A DNA stretch of 25,936 nucleotides from Vulcanimicrobiota bacterium (GTDB taxonomy: Bacteria; Vulcanimicrobiota; Vulcanimicrobiia; Vulcanimicrobiales; Vulcanimicrobiaceae). Of the stretch, positions 15,607-24,410 are shown piece after piece. The number at the start of each line of letters is the position of its first letter. Position 1 is the first letter of the stretch. The position numbers were made by a program, and so were the translations under genes. Location: positions 10,980-36,915 of the forward strand of contig PKZK01000031.1 in NCBI GenBank assembly GCA_003133025.1. The letters run 5' to 3'. Under the pieces are notes generated by a model that was given only the letters and a program-made list of their open reading frames with translations, had not been told where the DNA came from and searched no databases.

Positions 15607-17625
15607 TCACTTGAAGTGTTGGGCGATGAAGTCCAGCCACCTCGCGTAGACGTCCGCGGTCCGCACGGGATCGTGCGGAAAGTGACCTTGGACCGGCCAG
15701 GCCACGAAGGTCGCGTCCTTGCCGTTGTCGCGCAACGCGTGGTAGTACATGGCCGAGGTGGCGAAGGTGTCCCGGTTGTCGCCCACGTCGGAGAGGATCA
15801 ATACCGGCGTGTTGACGTCGCGCACGTACGAGATCGCCGAGGCCTTGCGCCATTCCGCGGCGTTGCCCGCCACGAACGGCGAACCGTGGAAGAGGGCCTT
15901 GTCTGAATCCGCATCGTCGGCGGTGCCGTAATCGGTGATCCAGTCGTTGACCGACGCGCCGGAGACGGCCGCGCGCCAGACGTGGTAGCGCGAAATCATC
16001 CACGAGGTCATGATGCCGCCATACGACCAGCCGGAGACGGCCAGCCGCGTCTCGTCGACGATGCCCTTGGCCTTGACCGCATCGACCGCGGCCATCACGT
16101 CCTTGCCCGGGCCGTCGTCGGGATCGTAGAGCACCGCGTGCTGGTAGGCGTAGCCCAGGTTGTCGCTGCCGCGATAGTTCGGTTCGAGCACGAGCCAGCC
16201 GCGCGCGGCCAGGAGTTGCGCCTGAAAGTCGAAGGCGAGCAGGGATGCCGACGTCGGGCCGCCGTGGATGCGCAGCACGAGCGGGTACTTCTTGCCCGGC
16301 ACGAAGCCGGGCGGCTTCAGCAACACGCCGTCGCCGATCAGTCCCAGGGACGTCTTGTAGGTGATGCGTTCGGCGCCGGCCAGATCGAGCGCCGCGATGG
16401 CGGCGTTGTAGTCGCTCACGCGCTCAGGCTTGCCGCCGGAAACGAGATGATACAATTCCGGCGGCCGGCGCGGCGTCGAGCCGACGAAGACGAGCGAGCC
16501 GTCGCGCGCGATCGCGCCGTCGAGCGGCGACTGCGGGACCACGTCGCCCAGATCGAGTTGCGAGAGCGCGGCGCCGTCGGCGGGCGCGCGCACGACCGCG
16601 AGCGAGGTCGCATCCGCAGCGGTGAAGAGCAGCGTGCTCGAGTCGGGCGACCATGCGGTGTCGTGCACGGCGCGGTCGAAGCGGCGCGAGACCGGCGTGC
16701 CCTCGCCGCCCGCGGGAATCGTGACGAACGCTTCGGTGAGGTTCACCTGGTTGTCGCCGGCCGAATGCAGATACGAGAGGTGCAGACCGTCGGGCGAGAA
16801 GCGCGGCTCGGATTCGAAACCGTCGTGGTTCGTCAAGCGCCGCCGCGCGCCGCTCGCCACGTCGATCACTTCGATCCGGCCGCGGTCGGCGTCGTTGAGG
16901 ATGGCGTTGGGCGTGATGGTGACGGCGATCTCCTTGCCGTCGGGCGACCACGAAAGCGTCGATTGCGCTTCGCCCGCCGCGACGCTCTCGTCGCCGTCGG
17001 TCAAGCGCTTTTCTTTGCCGCCCTCGCTCGAGACCACGAAGAGGTGCGCCGGACGTGGCATCTCGTGCGCCGTGATCGGTTCGGTCGTGAACACGAAGGC
17101 GTCGTGAAAACGATCGGCGCCGGTCTTCTTCGGCTGCGCTTCCGTGGCGGCGTAGGCCAGCGCGCCGCCGTCGGGCCGCCAGGCGAATTGTTCGACGCCC
17201 TCGGGCGCGTGCGTGACCGGTCGCGCGTCGCCGCCGCTCATCGGCATCACGAACACTTGCGCCTTTGCATCGTCGGCCGTGCCGTCGGCGGCGATGAAGG
17301 CGAGTTTCGTGCCGTCGGGCGAGAAGCGCGGCTCGGAGACGCCTTTGCGCCCGTACGTCAGCGCGCGGCGCGCGTGCGTTTTGAGATCGATCTCCTCGAG
17401 TTCGCGGCGATACCGGTCGTCGGACCACTCGATGGTGGAGACGACCACTACCGCACGCTTGCCGTCGGGCGAAATGGCCGGCGACGAGATGCCCACGAGC
17501 GTGCGATAGTCGTCGAGTCCGAGCGGACGCGACGCCGCGCCCGCGCAAACGGACGCCGCCGCGACGAGCGCGGCGGCGGCGGAAAATCGCACGACCGATC
17601 GGCCGCGCCGCAAGCGAACCCTCAA
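15607..17625 (-). CDS. S9 family (prolyl oligopeptidase/acylaminoacyl peptidase) serine peptidase with beta-propeller, probably secreted
   Basis: Repeated SPDG/WSPD (PD40-like) blades, IHGGP, PNYRGS, nucleophile GWSYGG, D in GDNRD, H in GHFP. Basic then Ala-rich N-terminus looks like a signal peptide. TTG 17625 overlaps the gap stop; GTG 17592 is an alternative start. Confidence 0.92.
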   Translation of the reverse strand: MRVRLRRGRSVVRFSAAAALVAAASVCAGAASRPLGLDDYRTLVGISSPAISPDGKRAVVVVSTIEWSDDRYRRELEEIDLKTHARRALTYGRKGVSEPRFSPDGTKLAFIAADGTADDAKAQVFVMPMSGGDARPVTHAPEGVEQFAWRPDGGALAYAATEAQPKKTGADRFHDAFVFTTEPITAHEMPRPAHLFVVSSEGGKEKRLTDGDESVAAGEAQSTLSWSPDGKEIAVTITPNAILNDADRGRIEVIDVASGARRRLTNHDGFESEPRFSPDGLHLSYLHSAGDNQVNLTEAFVTIPAGGEGTPVSRRFDRAVHDTAWSPDSSTLLFTAADATSLAVVRAPADGAALSQLDLGDVVPQSPLDGAIARDGSLVFVGSTPRRPPELYHLVSGGKPERVSDYNAAIAALDLAGAERITYKTSLGLIGDGVLLKPPGFVPGKKYPLVLRIHGGPTSASLLAFDFQAQLLAARGWLVLEPNYRGSDNLGYAYQHAVLYDPDDGPGKDVMAAVDAVKAKGIVDETRLAVSGWSYGGIMTSWMISRYHVWRAAVSGASVNDWITDYGTADDADSDKALFHGSPFVAGNAAEWRKASAISYVRDVNTPVLILSDVGDNRDTFATSAMYYHALRDNGKDATFVAWPVQGHFPHDPVRTADVYARWLDFIAQHFK

Positions 17626-18638
17626 GCCACCCCCGTCGGCAGCTTCTCCAGCACGATCTGAGTGAGGTCGGCCAAACGGCACGAGTAACCCCACTCGTTA
17701 TCGTACCAGGCGGCAATCTGGATCAGGTCGCCGTTGGCCCCGGTGAGCGAGCTGTCGAAGATGGAACTGTACGGCGAGCGCTTGAAATCGCTGGAGACCA
17801 GATCCACGTCGTTGTACTGCACGTAACGCTTGAGTTCGCCGGAGGCGGCCTGACGCATGATCGCGTTGACTTCTTCCTTCGTCGTCTCGCGCTTCACCTG
17901 AACCACCAGATACACCATCGAGACCGTCGGGGTCGGCACGCGCAAGGCGAAGCCGTCGAAGGTGCCCTTGATCTCGGGAATCACGAGGTACAGCGCCTTG
18001 GCCGCACCGGTCGAGGTAGGGATGATGTTGGTCGCGGCGTTGCGCGCGCGGCGCAGATCCTTGTGCGGCGCGTCGAGGATGTTCTGATCGTTCGTGTACG
18101 AGTGCACGGTGGTCATGAAACCCTTGACCCAGCCCAGCGTGTCGACGATCGGCTTCACCGCCGTCGCCAGACAGTTCGTCGTGCACGAGGCGTTAGAGAT
18201 TACGTTGTGTTTGAGAGGATCGTACAGTGCATCGTTGACGCCGAGGACGATCGTGATGTCTTCGTTTTTGGCCGGCGCCGAGATGATGACTTTCTTGGCG
18301 CCGCCGCCGTCGATGTGCGCGCGCGCTTTGGTGGCGTCGGTGAAGATGCCGGTCGATTCGATCACGACGTCGACGCCGAGATCCTTCCAGGGTAATTTGC
18401 CCGGATCGCGCTCGGCGAGCACGCGGATCGTGCGTCCGTCGATGGTGACCGAGTCTGCGGTGTGTTCGACCGAGCCCGCAAACGTGCCGTAATTCGAATC
18501 GTATTTGAAGAGGTGCGCGCACTCCGCCGGACTGGTCAGATCGTTGACCGCCGCGACTTCGATCGACGGATGGTTTTCGAGCAACGCCTTGAGATAGTTA
18601 CGGCCGATCCGGCCGAAGCCGTTGATCCCGATGCGCAT
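17622..18638 (-). CDS. gap: Type I glyceraldehyde-3-phosphate dehydrogenase
   Basis: [56 protein letters not shown] before ATG 18638. Confidence 0.98.
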   Translation of the reverse strand: MRIGINGFGRIGRNYLKALLENHPSIEVAAVNDLTSPAECAHLFKYDSNYGTFAGSVEHTADSVTIDGRTIRVLAERDPGKLPWKDLGVDVVIESTGIFTDATKARAHIDGGGAKKVIISAPAKNEDITIVLGVNDALYDPLKHNVISNASCTTNCLATAVKPIVDTLGWVKGFMTTVHSYTNDQNILDAPHKDLRRARNAATNIIPTSTGAAKALYLVIPEIKGTFDGFALRVPTPTVSMVYLVVQVKRETTKEEVNAIMRQAASGELKRYVQYNDVDLVSSDFKRSPYSSIFDSSLTGANGDLIQIAAWYDNEWGYSCRLADLTQIVLEKLPTGVA

Positions 18639-18761
18639 GGTTCCTCCCAAATGTGGATGGCGCATCCGTTACCCGAGTCCCGGCGCGGAGCCTTCTTTCA
18701 TTCGGCGCGCGGCCGTGCGCGTCCGGGCAGGCGAACGCGCGAGTACGCGTAAGCCCGGGCC

Positions 18762-20528
18762 ATGGATTCGACGCTGCTGCGAGGTTTGTCGCTTTCGTTC
18801 GCGATCGCCGCGTTGCCGCCCGGCGGTACGCCCGTCTGGACGGTGGCGGGCAGCGGTGAGGCGGGCATCGCCGACGGGCCTGCGGCGAGCGCGTCGTTCC
18901 TGATGCCGTCGGCCGTCGCGCGCGCGAACGACGGCACGCTGTACGTCGCGGACGAAGCGGCGCAGCGCATCCGCGCGGTGCATCCGGACGGTTCGGTCGA
19001 GACCGTTGCGGGCTCCGGCGCGATCGCTCCGGACGGGCTCTCGGTGCCGGGCGGCTATCGCGACGGACCGGCCGCAACGGCGCAATTCTATCGTCCCGAC
19101 GGCGTCGCCGTCGGACCCGACGGCGCGGTCTACGTGTCCGACAACCGGAACTGGTGCATTCGCAAACTCGACCGCGGCGTCGTCTCGACGTTCGCCGGCA
19201 CGTGCGGCCAGAGCGGCGTCGCCGACGGCCCGGCGACGACGGCGCGATTCAAGGATCCGCGCGCGCTCGTTTTCGGGCCGGAGGGCACGCTCTACGTTGC
19301 CGACTTCGGCGCGGGCATCCGCACGGTCTCGGCGTCGGGCGCCGTGGGCACGCTCAAGTTCGGCTCGACGCCCGACGTGCGTTTCTGGGGCATCGGGTAC
19401 GCGCCGGGCGCCGACGCCGTGCTGCTGGCCTCCACGCCGGGTGCGGTCGTCGCCTACCACGTTGCGACGCGCGCCGACGAAGCGTTTTCCACGAATGCGG
19501 TCGCCGAAGCGTCTTTGCCGTTCGGCAGCGTCGGCGCCATCGCCGGACTCGACCATCGCGAGTTTCTGTTCACCGACCTGCGTGCGAACAACGTGCGCTA
19601 TCTGCGCCTGCCCTTACGGCCGTTCGCGCCGAGCATCTTCACGCGCACGATCGCCGGCGGCCGCTTCGAGCGTCAGGTCGACGATGCCGGTTACCGCAAC
19701 GGGTCGCTCGAGGAGTCGCGCTTCTATGCGCCGCGCGGCATCGCCGTCGCCAATGGTACGGCCTACGTTGCCGATGCCGGCAACCGGCGCATTCGCGCGC
19801 TGACGTTGCCCCGCTTCCGTCTCTCCGAGGGCGGCTTCACCGACGCCGCCCCGTACGACGCGAGCGCCTACCAGATGCTCTACCTCGGAGCGTCGTGGGC
19901 CTATCACGATAGTCTCGGCGACGACTCGATCTGCGCGCACGTCGAGGCCGAACTCGATGCGTCCCGCAAGTTTTCGAAACCGGTGCGTTGCCACCCGGTG
20001 CGCATCGACTCGGCGACGTTCCCGCAACTCGAAGACTATTTGGCAAATTATTTGCAACCGCACGTCGACGTCGTCGTCGTCAACCTCAGCCTCAGCATCG
20101 TCTTCGGCATCTTCCCCAACCGGACGCCGCCCTCCACCGACGTCGCCGTTGCGACCTTCAAGACGCGCGTCGCCGCGCTGCGCGAGCGGCTGGCGAAAAA
20201 CGGCACGCGGCTCGTGCTGCTCTGGACCAACGCGCCCGACGACGTCTCCGATGTGGAAAATCTCTACGGGCGCGAAAGCGTGGCCGACCAGCGCCATCTG
20301 CCCGCGGACCTCGCCGACAATTACACGCACGGAACGAAGCTGATGATCGATGCGGCCGCGACGGTGCCCGTGGACCAGGTCGACACGTACGAGGATTTCT
20401 TGCGCGCCGAACGCGCCGTGCCGCCGCAGGAGCTATTCGGCACCGACGACGTGCACATGACGCCCGCGGGTTCGGCGCTGACCGCGCACCTGTTGGCCCG
20501 CTATCTGATCAGCCGGCCGGCTCCGTAA
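18762..20528 (+). CDS. NHL-repeat beta-propeller fused to an SGNH/GDSL-hydrolase-like C-terminal domain
   Basis: Several 'DGPA..A.F..P..vA..pDG.lYVaD..n..IR' NHL repeats, then LYLGASW (block I-like Ser) and GTDDVHMTPAG (DxxH, block V). Hydrophobic N-terminus. Confidence 0.75.
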   Translation: MDSTLLRGLSLSFAIAALPPGGTPVWTVAGSGEAGIADGPAASASFLMPSAVARANDGTLYVADEAAQRIRAVHPDGSVETVAGSGAIAPDGLSVPGGYRDGPAATAQFYRPDGVAVGPDGAVYVSDNRNWCIRKLDRGVVSTFAGTCGQSGVADGPATTARFKDPRALVFGPEGTLYVADFGAGIRTVSASGAVGTLKFGSTPDVRFWGIGYAPGADAVLLASTPGAVVAYHVATRADEAFSTNAVAEASLPFGSVGAIAGLDHREFLFTDLRANNVRYLRLPLRPFAPSIFTRTIAGGRFERQVDDAGYRNGSLEESRFYAPRGIAVANGTAYVADAGNRRIRALTLPRFRLSEGGFTDAAPYDASAYQMLYLGASWAYHDSLGDDSICAHVEAELDASRKFSKPVRCHPVRIDSATFPQLEDYLANYLQPHVDVVVVNLSLSIVFGIFPNRTPPSTDVAVATFKTRVAALRERLAKNGTRLVLLWTNAPDDVSDVENLYGRESVADQRHLPADLADNYTHGTKLMIDAAATVPVDQVDTYEDFLRAERAVPPQELFGTDDVHMTPAGSALTAHLLARYLISRPAP

Positions 20529-21375
20529 CGCCGCGCAGCCCGCGCGCGATGCGCATGAGCGCCGCGATCCGCCCGTTGACCGTAGACTTCTTGACGGGAG
20601 GATTGCAGCGCCGCCCGAGTTCGGCGAGCGTCTCCGTCGGATGCGACAAGCGGAGTTCGGCGATTTCGCGCAAGGGATTCGAGAGGTTGCGCAACCCGTA
20701 GGCGTCGGCCAACAGCGCGATCCACTCGCGCTGCAGCGCCGCGGCCGAGGCGGCCCGGTCGACGTTGGCCGCTTCGGTATTGACCAAGCGCCGGATGCGA
20801 TTCTTCGTTTCCTTGAGCGCGCGCACGTCTTCGAGGTGCAGCACCGTCGAGAAGGCGCCGATCGCGGTCAGCACTTGCGTGATCTCTTCGATATCCTTGA
20901 AATAGACGACCGTGCTTCCCTTGCGCGGCGCGGCTTTGGGGTGACGGCCGTCGGAGCGCAGGACGGCGCTCAAGCGCTTGGCGGCGGCCTCGTTCGGCGG
21001 CACGAATTCGAGATGGTAGCCGCGCGCGGGCGCCGCGACCGACCCGCAGGCCAGAAACGCGCCGCGGATCTCCATGCGCCGGTCGCAGCGCGCCTGCGGA
21101 CGCGGCGGTTCGGCGTGCGCTCCGGTGTCGATTTCGTAGATGGTGTTGCGTTGCAGACGCTTGCCCGGACGGGTGACGATGGGATGTTGTTTGCGGTCGT
21201 CGAGCAGCGACCAGGTCAACCGTGCGACCGACGAGCGTTGCGTGCGAAAGGGCGCATCCGCCCCCGCAGAACCATAGTAGAGTAAGGCATCGCGCAAGGC
21301 GCGGCGGCAGTGCGGCTCCTCCGGCGGCGTGCGGGCCAAGCCGTCCTTGGCATCGCCGGAGAGCGTCGAACTCAC
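20509..21375 (-). CDS. whiA: DNA-binding protein WhiA
   Basis: IRGAFLACGSV, YHLEF, VYFKDIEEITQVL, RRLVNTEAANV, LREIAELRLSHP..TLAELG, KSTVNGR. Confidence 0.93.
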   Translation of the reverse strand: MSSTLSGDAKDGLARTPPEEPHCRRALRDALLYYGSAGADAPFRTQRSSVARLTWSLLDDRKQHPIVTRPGKRLQRNTIYEIDTGAHAEPPRPQARCDRRMEIRGAFLACGSVAAPARGYHLEFVPPNEAAAKRLSAVLRSDGRHPKAAPRKGSTVVYFKDIEEITQVLTAIGAFSTVLHLEDVRALKETKNRIRRLVNTEAANVDRAASAAALQREWIALLADAYGLRNLSNPLREIAELRLSHPTETLAELGRRCNPPVKKSTVNGRIAALMRIARGLRGVTEPAG

Positions 21376-21668
21376 AGCTCCGGTAAGGCCGCGTCGAGCC
21401 AGTCGGCCGGTTCTTCCCTGCGTTCGGCGAGGATCTCGTAGAGCGGTATGTCGCGCAGCGCCGGCGTCACGCGCTCGGGCACGAGCAGCACGCGCACGGT
21501 GAGCACCTTCCGCGCATAATGTAAGACCAACTCGTCGCCCGCTTTGACCTCGTAACCGGGTTTGAGCGCGCGGCCGGCGCGGGTGATCCGTCCGTTGACC
21601 AGCGCCTCGTGCGCCTCCGCGCGGCGCTTCGCCAAGCGCGAGACCTTGAGAAACTTATCGATGCGCAC
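21372..21668 (-). CDS. S4-domain RNA-binding protein (YabO/RqcP/Hsp15-like)
   Basis: [16 protein letters not shown]...GRI...[12 protein letters not shown]. Lies downstream of yabN/mazG, as in Bacillus. Confidence 0.9.
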   Translation of the reverse strand: MRIDKFLKVSRLAKRRAEAHEALVNGRITRAGRALKPGYEVKAGDELVLHYARKVLTVRVLLVPERVTPALRDIPLYEILAERREEPADWLDAALPEL

Positions 21669-22047
21669 TGGGTGACGGCGCGACGCACGTGCCGCTCGCG
21701 CGGCAGACGACCAGCGGCGGATCGATCACTTCGGCCGCGCTCGGCGAGATGTCCGGCCGCGCGCGCACGACCTTGCGCGCTTCGAAGGTAATCGTGCGCG
21801 AACGATTGCCGAAGCGCACGATGCGGCCTTCGGCTTCGATGAAGTCGCCCGCGTACACGGGCGCGAGAAACTCGATCGAGTCGTAGGCGGCGAAGAGTCC
21901 CTCGTCGCCGTCGCTGCGGATCAGCAATTCGGTCGCGACGTCGCCGAAGAGGCCGAGCACGCGGGCGCCGTCGACCAAGCCGCCGCCGTAGTGCGCGTCG
22001 TGCGCGCTCATGCGCAGACGAATGAGCACCGGAGCGCCGGCGCTCAC
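21655..22047 (-). CDS. kal: Hotdog-fold protein resembling 3-aminobutyryl-CoA ammonia-lyase (Kal)
   Basis: [70 protein letters not shown] closely match Kal as I recall it. GTG 22047 overlaps the mazG stop. Confidence 0.8.
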   Translation of the reverse strand: MSAGAPVLIRLRMSAHDAHYGGGLVDGARVLGLFGDVATELLIRSDGDEGLFAAYDSIEFLAPVYAGDFIEAEGRIVRFGNRSRTITFEARKVVRARPDISPSAAEVIDPPLVVCRASGTCVAPSPSAHR

Positions 22048-23228
22048 GCCGCTTGGATCTTGGCCAGCTCCCACAGTTCCTCCAGCTCGTCGAGGCTCAA
22101 GTCGTTGAGCTTGCGCCCATCCCGCTCGGCGCGACGCTCCATGTAACTGAAGCGCTTGTAGAACTTCTCGTTGGCCGCGCGCAGCGCGCCTTCGGCGTCT
22201 TCGCCGAGCGCCCGGCTCAAATTGACGAAGGTGAAGAAGACGTCGCCCAACTCTTCGCGGATGGCGGCCTTGTCCTCACTGCGCCGCGCCTCTTCGAGTT
22301 CCGAGACCTCCTCGGCGATCTTCGCGCGGATGCCGTCGAGATCGGGCCAGTCGAAGCCGACGCGCGCCGCCTTCTCCTGCATCTTCTGCGCGCGTTGCAG
22401 AGCGCCCAGGCCCTTGGGGATGCCGTCGAGCCGCGATTGGCGCCGCGCCGCGGCGGGCTCCAGCGCCTTGAGCTGGTCCCAGTTCTGCCACACCTCGGCG
22501 ACGCTTGCGACCTCTTGATCGCCGAAGACGTGCGGGTGACGGCGGATCATCTTGCCCGCCAGCGCATCGACCACGTCGGCGATCGAGAACTTGCCGCGCT
22601 CGGTGGCCAACTGCGCGTGGAAGACGATCTGCAGCAGCAGATCGCCGAGCTCTTCGCAGAGGTCGCCGTCGTGCTTGCTCTCCACCGCGTCGACGACTTC
22701 GTAGGTTTCCTCGATGAGATAGGGCAGCAACGACTCGTGCGTCTGCTCCCGATCCCAAGGACACGAGCGGCGCAAACGCGCCATCACTTCGACCAGCGCG
22801 TTCCAGTCGTGCCGTTCCGACGCGGGCGGCAGGTCGACCAGCGGCATGGCGAGCGACGCGGCGAGCGTCGCGCGCGGCATGCCGGGTACGAGATCGCAGT
22901 CGTAGCCTTCGCGTTCGAGCGCACGCAGCAGGATGGGCAAGCCGGGGAAGTCGGAAAGCGGATTGCCCAGCACGCCGATGGCCAGCTCCCGGCCGTCGAG
23001 TCCGGCGACGAAATGTTCGATCTCTTCAGACGAGCCGCGCACGAAGAGCGCGGCGTCGCGGATGCGTCCGCGCAGCACCGTCAGGCCCTCGGCCTCGAGA
23101 AAGAGCGCGAGCGCGGGCGGCGCGGAAAGCGTGACCGCGCGACCGACGCGACGCAGCGCTTCGAGGCTTCCGAGCGTGAGCAGATCCGGGTCGCCCGGGC
23201 CCAGACCGACGATCCGCACTAACGGCAT
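22044..23228 (-). CDS. mazG: YabN-like bifunctional protein: tetrapyrrole-methylase-like N-terminus plus MazG NTP pyrophosphohydrolase
   Basis: [54 protein letters not shown]; second domain GFDW, EELGD, KFYKRF. Confidence 0.93.
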   Translation of the reverse strand: MPLVRIVGLGPGDPDLLTLGSLEALRRVGRAVTLSAPPALALFLEAEGLTVLRGRIRDAALFVRGSSEEIEHFVAGLDGRELAIGVLGNPLSDFPGLPILLRALEREGYDCDLVPGMPRATLAASLAMPLVDLPPASERHDWNALVEVMARLRRSCPWDREQTHESLLPYLIEETYEVVDAVESKHDGDLCEELGDLLLQIVFHAQLATERGKFSIADVVDALAGKMIRRHPHVFGDQEVASVAEVWQNWDQLKALEPAAARRQSRLDGIPKGLGALQRAQKMQEKAARVGFDWPDLDGIRAKIAEEVSELEEARRSEDKAAIREELGDVFFTFVNLSRALGEDAEGALRAANEKFYKRFSYMERRAERDGRKLNDLSLDELEELWELAKIQAA

Positions 23229-23236
23229 AAAACGAC

Positions 23237-23275
23237 GATTCCCCGAGACGCGCCGTTAACGCTTCTCGGGGAATC
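23237..23275 (-). terminator. Strong inverted repeat between prsA and mazG, possible intrinsic terminator
   Basis: GATTCCCCGAGA (23237-23248) and TCTCGGGGAATC (23264-23275) form a perfect 12-bp stem. On the minus strand it is followed by GTCGTTTT and then the mazG ATG. Confidence 0.55.
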
Positions 23276-23309
23276 GGATTTCCCTACGGGACCGGGATCG
23301 TTGCGGAGG

Positions 23310-24290
23310 TTACTTCGTGGCTGCGGGCGAGGCTGCTGCTGCCGGTGAAGCGCCCGCTGCAGGCGAGGCTGCCGGGGTCGATTCGGGCGGCAACGGCGGG
23401 AGAGCATCCTTGAGCGAATCGTCGTTGATCACGATGTTGGCCTTCCGGCGCAGACCCTGCATGAACTCGGGCAGCTTCGTCTGCTCTTGCTGCTGGGTCA
23501 GGATGTTCTTGATCTTGTCGCGCGAGTTGGCCAGCGTTGCGACCTGCGCGGGCTTGCGCTCGATCACTTCGATGATGTGGTAGCCGAACGGCGACTTCAC
23601 CGGCGGTCCGACGACGCCGATGGGCTGCGAGAAGGCGGCCACCTCGAACGGCTTGACCATCTGATTGCGGCCGAAGAAGCCGAGATCGCCGCCCTTGGCC
23701 TTGCTCGACGGGTCGGTGGAATACTTCGCTGCGAGGTCTTCGAACTTCGCGCCCGACTTGAGCTGCGCTTCGATCGAGTTCGCGGTCTTGAGGTCGGCCA
23801 CGAGAATGTGCTTGGCGTGAACCTGCTCGGTGGTGTCGAGCGAGGTGTGATTCTTCGCCAAGTAGGCCTTGATGTCGGCGTCGGTGACCGTGATCTGCGG
23901 TTGCACGGCCTTCTCGAGGACGGCTTGCTGACGCAAGATCTTCTTGACGTCGGCATCGGTCAGGTTTTGCGCTTTGAGGATCTGTTCGAACTGGCCCGCC
24001 GGATACTTCGCTTTGATCTCGTCTTCTTTTTTCTGGATCTCGGCGTCGCTGATCTCGACCTTGTTGTCGGTGGCATACTGATCGATCAGCGCCTGCTGGA
24101 TCAGTTGGCTCAGCTGCGACTTCGCTTGCGGCAGGGCCTCGAGCTTGGCATCGAACGTGGCCCGGGAGATGGGTTGGCCGTTCACGGTCGCGACGTCCCC
24201 GCCGCCCGAACCGCCGGAAGAACATCCGGCAAACGCCAGGCCGAGGACAGCCGTCGCAAGGCCGGCGACGACGCGGGAGGGGTTGGACAT
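23310..24290 (-). CDS. prsA: PrsA-like parvulin (PpiC) peptidyl-prolyl isomerase lipoprotein foldase
   Basis: Lipobox LAFAGC, VATVNG, AKHILV, FEDLAAKYSTD, GGDLGFF, MVKPFEVAAF, SPFGYHII, and a low-complexity (A)ASPAA tail. GGAG RBS before ATG 24290. Confidence 0.92.
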   Translation of the reverse strand: MSNPSRVVAGLATAVLGLAFAGCSSGGSGGGDVATVNGQPISRATFDAKLEALPQAKSQLSQLIQQALIDQYATDNKVEISDAEIQKKEDEIKAKYPAGQFEQILKAQNLTDADVKKILRQQAVLEKAVQPQITVTDADIKAYLAKNHTSLDTTEQVHAKHILVADLKTANSIEAQLKSGAKFEDLAAKYSTDPSSKAKGGDLGFFGRNQMVKPFEVAAFSQPIGVVGPPVKSPFGYHIIEVIERKPAQVATLANSRDKIKNILTQQQEQTKLPEFMQGLRRKANIVINDDSLKDALPPLPPESTPAASPAAGASPAAAASPAATK

Positions 24291-24410
24291 GAAAAACTCC
24301 AGCTGTGACATGAATACGCGGAGCCGCAGCCGGCCCCGCAAACGCGAGGGTTTTCGGAGTACCGGTTGCGCCGTTCCTGCCTGAAACGGACCGGCCGGAT
24401 GAGACCTCGG

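Noticed and set aside
15982..17661. Long antisense or alternative-frame ORFs (e.g. 15982..17661, 23284..24903, 9054..10487, 1678..3081, 5723..7132)
   Set aside because: They shadow well-supported genes, have no motifs, and are expected where stop codons are rare in high-GC sequence.
18639..18761. Divergent gap/NHL spacer with a small GGATG-GCG-CATCC hairpin
   Set aside because: The stem is only 5 bp and no recognisable promoter, operator or ncRNA could be supported.
6735..21375. WhiG-like sigma plus WhiA, SepF and DivIVA as a sporulation system
   Set aside because: WhiA, SepF and DivIVA are widespread in non-sporulating Terrabacteria, the sigma lies among flagellar genes, and no sporulation-specific genes are present.
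23313..23375. Short tandem-like repeats at the prsA 3' end
   Set aside because: They encode an Ala/Ser/Pro low-complexity tail and are not a CRISPR or mobile repeat.
505..24353. 11-mer AAACCCTCGCG in the spacer upstream of yggS (505-515, +) and upstream of prsA (24343-24353, -)
   Set aside because: Only two copies, at different distances from the start codons; plausibly chance.
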